The position numbers and the translations under genes were made by a program. From Lama glama (Eukaryota), in NCBI GenBank assembly GCA_028534125.1, contig CM052818.1, forward strand, positions 374,001 to 438,000: a DNA stretch of 64,000 nucleotides. The letters are read 5' to 3'. The first letter of the stretch is position 1, and each line of letters begins with the position of its first letter. A model generated the notes under the pieces. The model saw only the letters and a program-made list of their open reading frames with translations. It made no database searches and was not told the DNA's origin. Shown here in pieces: positions 23,702 through 35,739 of this stretch.

Positions 23702-24545
23702 GGGGTGGGGGTGGGGGTTGCAATGTAGGGGTTGGGGAGTAGGGGGCACAAACTATTGGGTATAAGACAGGCTCAAGGATGTATTGCACATCCTGAGGAA
23801 TATAGCCAATATTTTGTAATAACTTTAAATGGAAAGTAATCTTTTCAAATTGTATATAAATTAAAAATTATTGACAAATTAAAAAATTAAATTAAAAAGG
23901 CAAACTCATAGGAAAAAAAAACTCTAGATGGAGTGTAAACTCTGCTGACAATTTAATTTTGTCCCAGTGGTATTAACTTCAGACTTCTGGCCTCCAGAAC
24001 TGTGAAAAAATAAATTTCTGCTTTTTTAAGCCACCAGTTGTGGTGATTTGTTAGAGTAGCCACAGGAAAAATGCTCCAATAATACATTACATTGCACAAT
24101 AATACAATGACCAAGAACCAAGTACACATTTGAAAAATAATACATATACTTAAGAACCAAGTACACATTTGAAAAATAATACATATAAATTAAAAGAAAA
24201 CTATTTTTATTTCCCTCTTAAATGACCACAATTACTTGCTGACGGAATGCAGGTGACTGTTGGGCACTGTACAATATCTCAGACTGTGGAATTAAATTGG
24301 ACACTGCCAGCCTCATTTCCTGCTCCACATTGATCTTCCAGTGGTACTTCCCCAAATCCCCAGGTTCACAGTGATATGACAGCACTGAAAGGAACTTAAC
24401 ATGACCTAATGTTGAAACTGTGAACTGCCTGCTAGCTACCAGCTCACACAGTACCTAACAGATGTCAAATATTGCTGTGAATCCTTCTAAAGTTTAAAAT
24501 ATCCTGCTACAAACTGGTGAATCTGTGTGGTGTCCTGGGGGGCAT
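23213..24545. mobile_element. Nested cluster: hAT/Charlie-like DNA element > MLT1-type LTR (about 23337-24075) > (GT)n plus L1 3' end (about 23668-23905)
   Basis: MLT1 motifs (gagatgggggagattatcctggattatc; ggcctccagaactgtga...ataaatttctg) split by an L1 3'UTR with G-tract and A-tail; outer sequence is Charlie-like. Confidence 0.65.
24113..24187. repeat. Perfect 36-bp tandem duplication
   Basis: AAGAACCAAGTACACATTTGAAAAATAATACATATA at 24113-24148 and 24152-24187. Confidence 0.95.
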
Positions 24546-24561
24546 GTACCTTATGACCCAA

Positions 24562-24706
24562 TTTTTTAATGTGTTTCTTTAATGGCAGAAGTAATTAGGT
24601 TTTATTGATTGATTGATTGATTGATTTAATAGCAGTACCAGGAATTGAACCCAGGACCTCATGCATGCTAGGCACGTACTTTACCATTGAGCTATACCTT
24701 CCTCCC
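24562..24706 (-). mobile_element. tRNA-derived SINE (Vic-1-like) with (TTGA)n
   Basis: gaattgaacccaggacctcatgcatgctag...ttgagctatacc is the antisense of the SINE head. Confidence 0.85.
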
Positions 24707-25775
24707 TTCCATAGTATTTAGAATCTTCTAATATACTATGTAATTTACTTATTTATCATATAATTATTCGGAGTCCATCACTCCCTCACCCATCACTAGA
24801 ATATAAGGTCATTGGGGGAAGGATTGTTTTATTTTTTGTCTGCTTTGTTCACTAATAGATGCTCAATGCTTTGAATAGTGTTTGGCACATAGTAGGTACT
24901 GAATGAATGAATGTTTTTCAAAGAGTATAAATGTACTGGCACGCAATTCTTTACCTTGCACTCAAAGGTATAATGCTTGGTCACATGCCAATATTTTTGC
25001 AGAAATACATAAACCAAATACAAAATGGTAAAATCCCTCAACGCAAAGTGTACCATTCCAATAGTCCCAAAGTTTCGTATCTTATTTAACTCTTGTTGAA
25101 ATTTATAGTCTTCACCTGAGAATGACACTCTTACCTCAAACAAAAGGCTTTTAGTTATTAGGAAGTAAGTCATATAACTCACAGCTAACTAGCAGGTAAC
25201 ACAGGAAGAAGATAAGTCTAAAACAAAATTGACCACTTAAGTGCAAATGTAAGCATTAATTATAAAAATACACATACATTAAAAAACCTTTCCAAGTATG
25301 CATAAAAACTCACCTTCCCAGCTACTTTTCTTGGCGACAGGAGATTCTATTCTTCAAACAACCTATAGGTGGAGCCCCAAACCTCAGATTCATCTTAATG
25401 TTTCTCTTAAGGAACAGCTTTTTCGAAATTGCAACTCCAATTGAAAAGGAATGTAATGTCCATGCATTCATAATACACAAATGTCCAAGATTCCAGTACA
25501 CTTGCTGTAGCTCTCTTCTTGTAAACAGCTCTTTCCAGATCTTTTTCTTCCCAAGTACTTTTCAAATTCTATTTGTCATTTTATATTTCCAGTGGGTTCA
25601 CAGAAAAATTTTAACATTGTGAACCACCGTCGTTAGTACACATTCCTTTCGGCTTTCAGAGCACCCCCATTCCCTAGCAACGTTCTAGATAGGCTGTTTT
25701 AATGTCTCAGTGCATGAAGCTCACCTAGCATCCCCTTGAGAAACTTACTCAGTTTTTAAAGATTGCTTTCCTTCC

Positions 25776-27657
25776 GGAGATTTCCAGTCAAGATGGCGGA
25801 GTGGTAGGACCACAAGCTCGCCTCTCCTCATGGCCACAATGAAACCATAGCTGACTGCTAGACAGCTATCAAAAAAAAAAAAAAAAAAAAGGCTGGAACC
25901 TAGCAAGTAAGATTGCCTTCAGTCAGAAACAAAAAGAGGGAACCACAGCAGGATGGTAGGAGGGGCGTGCTCACAATATAATTGGGCCCCATACCCCCCA
26001 GGTACACGACCCACAAGCTGAAGATTAATTAAGCCGCAGAGGCCCTCCCACAGGTATGAGAGCTCTAAGCCCCACGTCAGGCTCCCCAGCGTGGGGTTCT
26101 GGCACTGGGAGGAGGAGGAGACCCTAGGACATCTGGTTTCGAAGGCCAGTGGGGCTTAACTCCAGGAGCCCCACAGGACTGTGGACAGAGACTTCACTCT
26201 CTTGGGAGGTGTACACAGAATCTCGAATGTGCCAGGTCCAAAGGCAGAGGCAGTGACTTTATAGGAACCTGGGCCAGTCCTGCCTGCTGGTTTTGAAGGG
26301 TCTCCTGGGGATGTGGGGGACGGCTTCGGCTCACCCAGGGGACATAAAAGCTGGTGGCAGACATTTCAGGAGTGTTCAAGTACAGGAGCTTCCCTGGAGG
26401 CTGACGTCATTGGCACCAAGACCCAGCCCCACTCAACTGCCTGTAGAGAAGCCTCAGGCCAAACAACATACAGAGTGGGAACGCAGCCCCACCCATCAGC
26501 AGACTTCCTAAGCCACAAACACCTCTAGACAAGGCCCTACCCACCAGAGGTCCAGGACCAAGCTTCACCTAGCAGTGGGCAGGCCCTGACTCCTCCTGCT
26601 AGGAGACCTGCATAAGCCTCTAGTCCAGCCTCATCCACCAGGGGGCAGATACCAGAAATCAGAAAACAACAATCCCAAAGCCTGTGGAAGGAGCCCACAA
26701 ACATAGAAAGATAGACGATACGAGGCGGCAAAAGAATATCTCCCAGGCCAAGGCACAAGATAAAATCCCACAAGAAGGAATAAGTGATGAGGAGATAGGC
26801 AATTTATCTGAGAAACAGTTTAAAGTAATGATGGAGAAGATGTTCAGAGAACTTCAGAGGAGTATAGATGCACAGAGCGAAGTTTTTAGCAGAGAGTTGG
26901 AAAGTATAAAGAATACCCAGAGTTGAAGAATAAAGTCACTGAAATGAATAACACACCAGAAGGAACCAAGAATAGACTAAATAAGGCAGAAGAACGGATC
27001 AATGAGTTAGAAGACAGATGAGTGGAAATCACTACTGCAGAACAGAAAAAAGAAAAAAGAATGAAAAGAAATGAGGCTAGTTTAAGAGAACTCTGGGACA
27101 ACATGAAACACTCTAACATTTGCATTATAGGAGCTCCAGAAAGAGAAGAGAGAGAGAAAGGACCTGAGAAAATTTTTGGAGAGATAATAACCAAAAACTT
27201 TCCCAGCTTGGGAAAGGAAACAGTCACCTAAGTCCTGGAAGTGCAGAGAGTACCACACAGGATCAACCTAAAGAAGAACACACCAAGGCACATAGTAATC
27301 AAATTGACAAAAATTAAGGATAAGGAGAAAATATTAAAATTATCAAGAGAAAAGCAACAAATAACATACAAGGGAACTCTCACAAGGTTATCAGCTGATT
27401 TTTCAGCAGAAACTCTGGGCCAGAAGGGAGTGTCAAGATATATTTAAAGTGATAAATGGGAAAAACTTACAACCAAGAACACTCTATCCAGCAAGGCTCT
27501 CATTCAGATTTGAAGGAGAAGTCGAAAGCTTCACAGATAAATAAAAGCCAAAAGAATTCAGCACCGCCAAGCCAGCTTTACAACAAATGTTAAAGGAACT
27601 TCTCGAGTCATCAAACCATAAGAAAATAGAACAAAAAAAGAGAAAAAAAAGACCTAC
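25776..27657 (+). mobile_element. L1 5'UTR plus degraded ORF1 only (3'-truncated)
   Basis: Starts TCAAGATGGCGGAG, GC-rich 5'UTR, ORF1 peptides (LRELWDNMKHSNICIIGAPE; TPRHIVIKLTKIKDKEKILK), ends at GACCTACAAAA; flanked by AAAGATTGCTTT. Confidence 0.9.
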
Positions 27658-28195
27658 AAAAGATTGCTTTGGCACTTTAGGGTCTTTTATGGTTCCATAT
27701 AAATTTTGGAATTGTTTGTTCTAGTTCTCTGAAAAACGTCGTGAGTACTTTGACAGAGGTTGCACTGGATCTGTAGATTGCTTTGGGTAGTACAGTCATT
27801 TTGATCATATTGATTCTTCCAATCCAAGATCACAAGATATCTTTCCTTTTTTTTGTATCATCTTCAATTCCCTTCGTTTGTGTTTTACAGTTTTCAGAGT
27901 ATAGGTAACCTCCTTGGTTAAGTTTATTTCTAGATATATTGTTCTTTTCGATGCAATGGAAATGTTTATGCTAGTTATAACATTCTGGTTTGGGGAGTGG
28001 GAAAAAAAGTGAATGAAGGGCTGCAAATGGCAAAATAGCCTTCTTTTTTATGGGTGAGTTGTATTCCATTACATATATATGCTGCATCTTCTTTATCCAT
28101 TCATCTATTGATGTGCACTTAGGATGCTTCCATATCTTAGCAATTATAAATAATGTTGCTGTTAATAGCAGGGTGTATATATCCTTTTGAATTTA
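27658..28195 (-). mobile_element. Antisense L1 ORF2 fragments
   Basis: Antisense ORF2 motifs (IYLEINLTKEV; ctgtagattgctttgggtag) at 27658-27960 and an ORF2 end piece at 28020-28195. Confidence 0.85.
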
Positions 28196-31100
28196 TTCTT
28201 ATTTCGTGGTTGGCTTTTATTCCTTTGATAGCTATGTAAGTTTAAAACACCAAAGCTCTAAACGTTCTTAGAAACAATGAACAGTACTTATATGCAAAAT
28301 TAAAAAACATCTGCAGTATATTGTGTATATGTAATTACATGCAGTACATTGTATATGTGCTGTCAAATTGTAACAATTCAACCTAATAAAACTGAAAAAT
28401 GAAAAAAATTTAAAAAGATTGTTTTCCTTCTGATGACTCTCAGCCCTCGTCTATGAGGGTCTTCAAACAACAGAAACTGAGTTTTTCTTTTCATTATTGT
28501 AGACTCATGGCCTGACACAGATCTATGAACATGACAGGCACTTAATAAAAATTTGCTCATTGAATGAAGGCACCTAGCTTTGGAACATTCTGCTCCTAGT
28601 TCTACTGTCCTGTAGAGAAGATTTGGTCCCAAGAGCATAATGGCCACTATTTTTCATTGTTCATCTCAGTTATCACCATGATTGGCTATCCATCCCTGAA
28701 ATTCATTTTAGGGTCAGCATTTATATAACAACATTTGAACATCCAATGATCTTCACTGAGTGTCATCTGGGGTCCCAACCTGTTCTGGGCACTGGGAATA
28801 GAGCTCTGAGCAAGTCAGAAAAGGCTTTCATTCCTCCCCTTCTAGAGGATCCTAGCACTGACATGCATATTTATGCTTGTAGTAGAGAAAGAATCTGATA
28901 AGTGCTTCCCAATGCCCACACAGAATCACTCCAGGGAAATCCAAGAGAAATATACACAACAGAAAGTGAGAGAAACTAGAGATCTGGACACTGGCCTGGT
29001 GGAGGAGGTAACACCGTGCAGGGGGCGTTAAGCTAGACCTTGAAGGATAGATCGTATCATCATACCAACAAACTTACAGGAAGGCTTCTAAAATTTGGAG
29101 GTTAAAATGTGCCCAGAGTTGAACTTTTAAACCAAAGCATAAAGGTTCAGATTGCTGATATACAAAGTTTCCTGAGACAGAATGACTAGCAGTCTTGCAG
29201 GACCTTTTTGGAATGAGGCTGTGCATATATTCATGCCATTCTCTATTTGGTGTCAATAACCACCTTGTCCTGGTTGCAGGGGCAGAAACTGTGTCATACA
29301 GATATTTGTGTCCCCATTGCTTTGCACTTTGATCCTTTGAGATAAAACACTCATTTTCAATATTTTTTATTGGTGATGTGACATTAAAAAATTAGTCTTA
29401 TGTTCTTTCCTAGCCAAAAAAAAAAAGCAATTCTGTAATAACTCAGGCCATCAGTTTTGTGTAGAAAGTAACACAAACAAGCTGAAATTCTCAGAAGGAG
29501 TTTTCTTTTCCCTGATTTAGAAAACTTGGCAAGTTTACCCAGATAGTCACATTAGCAATTCCTCTTTGAATGCTGCATTTATGTGAGTGTGATAGAGGGG
29601 CTATCTGCCAGGAAACCCCTAACCAAAATCAAAATAGTAGTTCTTTCATAAGATTCAAAACTTTAAAGTTAACAATACAGTAAGGCAGATCACGTTTTTT
29701 ATTACGGTAACTATTTTTAGAGTTTAAAGAAATTGTAGATACTCTTCTGGAAAGCAACAGAACAACACAATTAAATTATGGGGTAATACAAATCAGACTC
29801 CAAAGCAAATGGGTTTGACTTTCAGCTTTAAAGAGTTTAACACTTGTCAAGCACATTCATTTATGAAATATCATGTGTAGAAAAATACTTGAAAATTTTG
29901 CAGTGATCAAAAGCAAGCAAATTCATTGATTTATTTAGTGGTTGAGAACACATGTATATTGATATAATATTTCCAGACAATCTTAAGTAGTCTACTAATA
30001 TTTTTAAAACATTGTAAGGCTGCATACATTGAGGCAAGGGACAAATTCAAATGTCATTTTAAACAAACTTCAGATTAGGTATTGTAATAGGTTATAAATG
30101 TTAAAACATTTAATGAATATCATGATGACCAAGAACTAACTGCTAACCTAAAACAAATGTGCACCTGCTTCTATGTGATGGTAATCTCAAATTCTATAAT
30201 CTCAACAGAATGTTAACCCATGAAAACAGAGAAATCTCTGGTGACAAGCTGAAGAAATCTTTCTTTAATGAAGCTTTGAACATCTTTCGGTTTGAAAAGG
30301 AAATAATTATAGAAAACGTGCTTTTCAAATTTACAGGTAAAATTTTGTTGCAATATAATGCTAAAAAAAAGGTTAATGATTTAACCAGTATCCAAAAAAG
30401 AACTTGAGAGGCTAAAGTGGTGTGCTAAAGTTTACAAAATGAAATTTACTTTTAGATCCTACTAGCGGAAACCACTAGAATGACTGCTCATCTCCCCAAA
30501 TACTTCTCCTCTGAAAACCTTGCCACTAACCTGAATGGACCCTAACAGCCAATGAGTCCAATGTGGCCTACCTCTCTGGCCACAAAGGTTTAAAACAGAA
30601 CTGGACATTGAGTTTTTGAATGTGGCAGTGAACAAAATTAAGGTGAAATGAAGCACTGAGAGTTGAGTAATTTCTAAAAAAATAAGTGAATGAAAATTCA
30701 GAGAAAGCAAATTTCCACATAGAGAAGACCTGAGAATATGTATTTAGCAATAAAAATATAACTAAAAACACAACTTACCTCGTGGTTTTCCAATGATATT
30801 TATTCATACATTCTTAGTAATGTATATAGGACATCGATAGGCTTCTGGGGATAGAGATCAATATGCAACCAATTTTGGTAAAGTTCATACAGTTTTCTGC
30901 CAAGAACTGGGACAAATTGGCTTTTAGGACTGACATAACCTATTGCAATGGAGCAGGAGACTTGCTTGGCTCCCTGCAGCAAAGGCTGCACTTTCCTTCC
31001 CCACAACCTTATGTCAGTAGATTGGCTTTACTGGGCAGGCAAATGGACCCAAGTTTGGTTCTGTAACAACGTAAACATTTAACGCACCCATAAATGTGAG

Positions 31101-31339
31101 GACATGGGGTAAGCATGGACGTTACCAGAGTCTAATTCCAATAAATGTATGATTTATGTGGTAGATTTTATCTGATGGCACACTTTTGAGGCTTTTCTAA
31201 GGGATGTTTATTACAACTTGGGTAGACTTTCGTATGGAGGGAATGTCCTGATCCGTTTACTGTGTCTGTACTAATCTAAAAACAAGTTAGCTTGGACATC
31301 GGATCCTCTGCCCACCTGCTTCCCACTTCTTTCTCGTTG

Positions 31340-31980
31340 ATCTTCCTTTACCAAAATGGCCGCGCCCAGCTCGCTCCTCATTGGTGGTTCCCACCCACCC
31401 ACAGCAGGTGGCAGCTCTAGCCCCGCCCACCAGCCTCCGCCTGGGGTCCTCAGTTCTTTACTATTAGAGGGAGGGGGCGGGGCGGGCGCCGGACGTGACG
31501 TTTCCGGAAGCTCCGGGTGTCGTCCGCGGGGACAGGTGGGGAAGAGTCCCAGGAGTGTGGTGGCGCCGGGGACGCTGAGGGTGGTCGGACTGTGACGGCG
31601 AGCGGCCGCCGTGAGTGTGGGGCCTGCGGCCTTCTCCTTCCCGCGCCTCCTGCCCGGCTCGCCGCGCGCGAGGCTCCTGCCGGCTCCCGTCCCCAGCCGG
31701 GCCGGCGCGGCCCCAACTACCGCACGCAAAAGACCCGAAAACCTTCGATAATTTTGCCCGGTGTTGACAACTTGGGCTTTGCGTGCCTTTGAGAAGGGGG
31801 CCTTACGCAGTTTCCCAGAGATCCCTCTCCGCTGTATACGCCGCTTTCGCTTATTGCTGCTACTTCCTTTCTCCTCCTTTCCCACCTTCTCCCCTTTTGC
31901 GGATGCTGCCTCCCCTCTCTGGAGTGTTGCTCAGCCCTGTAGTCCCGGGCACTGCTTGCTGGCCTCGGGAGGGGGTTTGC
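31340..31980. promoter_or_regulatory. STAMBP: CpG island / STAMBP promoter with non-coding exon 1
   Basis: YY1-like AAAATGGCCGC at 31353-31363, ATTGG at 31380, GC boxes at 31421 and 31474, GACGTGACGTTTCCGGAAG CRE/ETS composite at 31492-31510; donors after 31535 (gtgggg) and 31610 (gtgagt). Confidence 0.85.
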
Positions 31981-32539
31981 ATTCTCGACCAAAAGATCAT
32001 CATCTCCCGGGAGGTACTGAGAAGCAACAAGCTTACTATGCTTCAGTTAGCTTTGATGGGCTCTGCCCTCAGTTTACTAAATAAGCAACTTAGGGAGGTT
32101 TTAGATATGCTAGCGGCTTTCTGAGTCCCTGAAAATGCTCCTGCAAGAGATGAAGTGTCGTTACATCTCTGGTAGTCCTCAGAGCTTTTGCACTCTAGTG
32201 AGGGTGTTTGAGAAGACACTTGGTGGAGGGAAGTGTGACCTAGAGATGGAATTGGCCCAGAGAAGACCATCTCTGAGGGAAGAGTTGGAATGGAAAGCAA
32301 AAACAGCGGGTAGACAATGAAACTGAAATGTGAGGATTTCTGGGCAGGTAACAATCCTGACTGAAGAAAAACATCTCTGCAGGGAACTAGTAAGGTTTTA
32401 AGACTGGAAGGGCAAAACGGGGCCAGCTGACACAGGGCCTTGAATTCCAAAATCTACGATAGTTTGTGTTTTCTACAGCATGCTGGTTAGGGTGTGCTGT
32501 AATTCAGTGTAATGTAATCAAATACCCAGATTTTTAAAA

Positions 32540-32670
32540 AAAATTTTTTGTGGGGGGTAGGTAGTTATTAGGTTTGTTTATTTTTTTTTTTAATGGAGGC
32601 ACTGGGGATTGAACCTAGGACCTAGTGCATGCTTAGCATGCACTCTACCACTGAGCTATACCCTCCCCCC
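32540..32670 (-). mobile_element. tRNA-derived SINE (Vic-1-like)
   Basis: Antisense head ...cactctaccactgagctataccctcccccc and T-rich tail. Confidence 0.88.
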
Positions 32671-33533
32671 GTAAATACTCCGATTCCTTTTGGAAATGAT
32701 GTAGAGTGATACCTGATTAAAAGTTGGAATCTGATTTTAACAGCAACAATATCAAGAAAGATTGTAGAATTACTGAGACTCGGGGTGGGGGGAGGGAAAC
32801 TCCCAGGTTTTTTGTTGGTTTGTTTTTTGCATTTCAAGTTACCTTTGTGTCCTTTTGTTATTCAAAGAGTGCTTAGTCTTTGAAGATAAATTTCAGTAAA
32901 TGTTTTCTAGCTCTGAATTCCTTGCCCTGAAATGATGTGTGGTGTTGTAGACTGACTAGAAGAGTGGTTTCTTGAGCAGAGTTAGGTTTATGAGCATTCA
33001 TTCCCATGTCAGTTCCCAACTAACCTTGTGCTCAAGTGTGGGAAGATACAGAGAAACGTCAGTTACTCTCAGATTAAATTAAAATGAGGAAACTTGAAGT
33101 CATTTAACAATCATCAGGAAAGTTCATTGCGTACACTTTGTTAGGTACTGAGGTGGATGGAAGTGGGTCGCTGGAAGGACAAATAGTGGAAAAAATATAA
33201 GATACTGTCCCTCTTTTTGTGATGCCAAGGGCAGGGCCACCTAATGACAGGGAGTGGTTAACACAAAGGGTAGAGCTGAACGCCTTGTGGCTCATAGTTA
33301 TACTCTTTGTACCACCTAATTATGGCACAGGGATTATGGGTTTTTGCATGTGTGCCAAGCCTTTTATGATTGTGATATGGGCTTCCTTGAGGGGCTCAGG
33401 CTTCTCAAGGGAAAGAAATCTTACTTAATATGAGCCACAACACATGGTATTCTCTTAATTTCTTCATAAGGTAGAGGTTTGTGGGATAAACACTGTACTA
33501 GGCTGCGCTGGGATGATGGGGCTTTGGTGTTGA

Positions 33534-33776
<243 letters not shown>

Positions 33777-35041
33777 TAAGACACTCCCAATTTCCTCTGT
33801 TTTTCCGGTGACTGATGCCTCACTCATTCTGTTCTTGTGCTCATTTATTTCTGCTCAGAATTGCTAAAACTAGAGAACTTTACAACATCATCATCATTAA
33901 TCATTGTTGCTGGCAGCTCCTACACATTAGCTGTCCTTGACATTCAAAGACATGAGTATTGAAAGTGTTGTTTTCATGACTCAGTCATTTCATGAGTAAG
34001 AGACCTAGCTCTTTGGCCTATCCCACATGGCCCAGCTGTTAGGCAAGAGAGATGGTGTTTAAACTATGCATGTTTTGTGTTGATGAGTGTTTTTCCTGTC
34101 CTTTCTCTATTTAGACAGCCAATCTTAGGATTATTGTTGAGGTTTAGCAGAGCTAAAATCCCTCACCTCTGCTTATTTTGTAGCAAACTGAGTGATTCAG
34201 GAAAAAGTGTTTTCTTCTTAACCTTAATCATAATCATGCAAATCATCAAATAAGTATTGACCACCTACAGTTTGTGAGGCTCACCATAAAAACTTTTTCT
34301 TAAGTTGCTTAGCTCCTTAGGATAGGCAGCAAAAATCAAAATTTTCGGTTCAGTTAACAGGGAACAGTTCCTAAAAACCCCAGTGATAATTAAATGGTGT
34401 CAAATTCAGGAAGGGAATTAGTTAAAGGGTCTCATTTATAACTTCTAGTCATATTCTTTCATAATACCAAGACCCTAAAATAATAATAATAACCACATTG
34501 TATTTGTGTGGCTCTTAATACTTCATAGAGTATTTTATTTGAGCGTCACAGTTCCGTGTACATTAAGTAAGGCACATCGTCCTCGCATGCCACCTGTGAG
34601 GAAATTGGCGTCAGGTTTAGTGGTAGGCTTGGTTCCATTGTTTATAGAGACAAAACCCAGATTTTCTAACTCTTAATTCAGGATTCGTTCTACAACAGAG
34701 CACTTGTTTTTAATTTTTGTTTTTTTTTCTTTTTCTTTTTGGTAATGTTTCATGAATTGAAGGTGGTCTTTTGAGATCGTGGTCTTGAGCCACACTACTT
34801 TTTGGTTATTTTTTATTGTTTTTTGAATAGGTAACATGCATGTGTCATACAGAATTCAGAAGGCGCAAAAAAGTATATATATTTAAAAATAAATCTCGCT
34901 ACCACTCCTGTTTCCCCTCAAACCCTCAGTTCTCCTCCCCAGAGACAGTCACTCTGATTTGTTTCTTCTCTGTTCTTCTGGAGGTGATGTATGCCTATCA
35001 GTTACATCATGTGAAGGTTTTGATCACATACTACTCTAAAG

Positions 35042-35258
35042 CAGGGTTTGTCAGCTTTGGTGTTATTGACATGTTGGGCTGAATAATTCTTTGTTGCAGG
35101 GAGTGTCCTGTGCACCATAGGGTGTTTAACAGCATCTCTGGTCTCTACCTGCTAGATGCCAGTAGAGCCCCTTCCCCTAAAGTTGTTACAGCCAAAAATG
35201 TCTCCAGACATCCCCTAATGCTTCCTGAGAGAGAAAATTGCCCCAGCTGAGACCAGTG
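35042..35258 (+). mobile_element. MER20-like hAT MITE
   Basis: MER20-type body (ctctacctgctagatgccagtag...aaaatgtctccagacat) with 8-bp TSD CTCTAAA(G/A). Confidence 0.85.
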
Positions 35259-35739
35259 CTCTAAAAAAACGTAGGTGAAGAGTGGATTTCCTAGAATTCG
35301 TGTTGTAAAAGTGACTGCTGTTGTCTTTTTTTTTTTTTAACATTTAGAAGTAGTGCCTGTTTCCTCCAAGATCTTACAGTCCATCCATGTCATTATGCCT
35401 TGTTATGTGTCCTCAATGTTGATAAAGTTTTATACAATTATAATTACATTTCTGCCTCTCTTTGCTGTTATGAGTTTTTCATTCCTAGGCACAGTGGGCA
35501 CCGAATTAATTTTCCTGAAGAGTTTCTTTGGCTACTTTCTTTCTCTCCATGTACTCTGCTGCTGGCAGAAGTAGCTTTCTTATATATTTCCAGTAATCTC
35601 GTAACTCTCCCAGAATGAGAGGCACAATTCCTTCAGAGAATGGTAGTTGAGGAAGTTCAGTAGAATCATGGAATCATTCTACCAGGTATTTTCTGGGTCT
35701 TCTTGCCCCACGTAGAAAGTGCTTTGAGGGTGCGGACCC

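Larger units (their letters stand above)
20290..31060 (-). pseudogene. Putative intron-containing pseudogene, RGS22/RGSL1-like multi-RGS-domain protein
   Basis: Candidate exons with canonical AG/GT: 30779-31060, 30572-30673, 30165-30360, 29539-29746, 29078-29171, (start unknown)-25314, 24955-25217, 21390-21759, 20855-21108. Long stop-poor frames, RGS-like motifs by eye, stops and frameshifts present. Confidence 0.6.

Noticed and set aside
24113..24187. 36-bp direct repeat of CRISPR-like length
   Set aside because: Only two copies with a 3-nt spacer in a mammalian TE context; a simple tandem duplication.
31271..32124. Several 80-204 aa ORFs over the STAMBP CpG island (and similar ones at 2717-3176 and 18346-18688)
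   Set aside because: Expected from stop-codon scarcity in GC-rich DNA; low-complexity G/R/P/A content and no recognisable homology.
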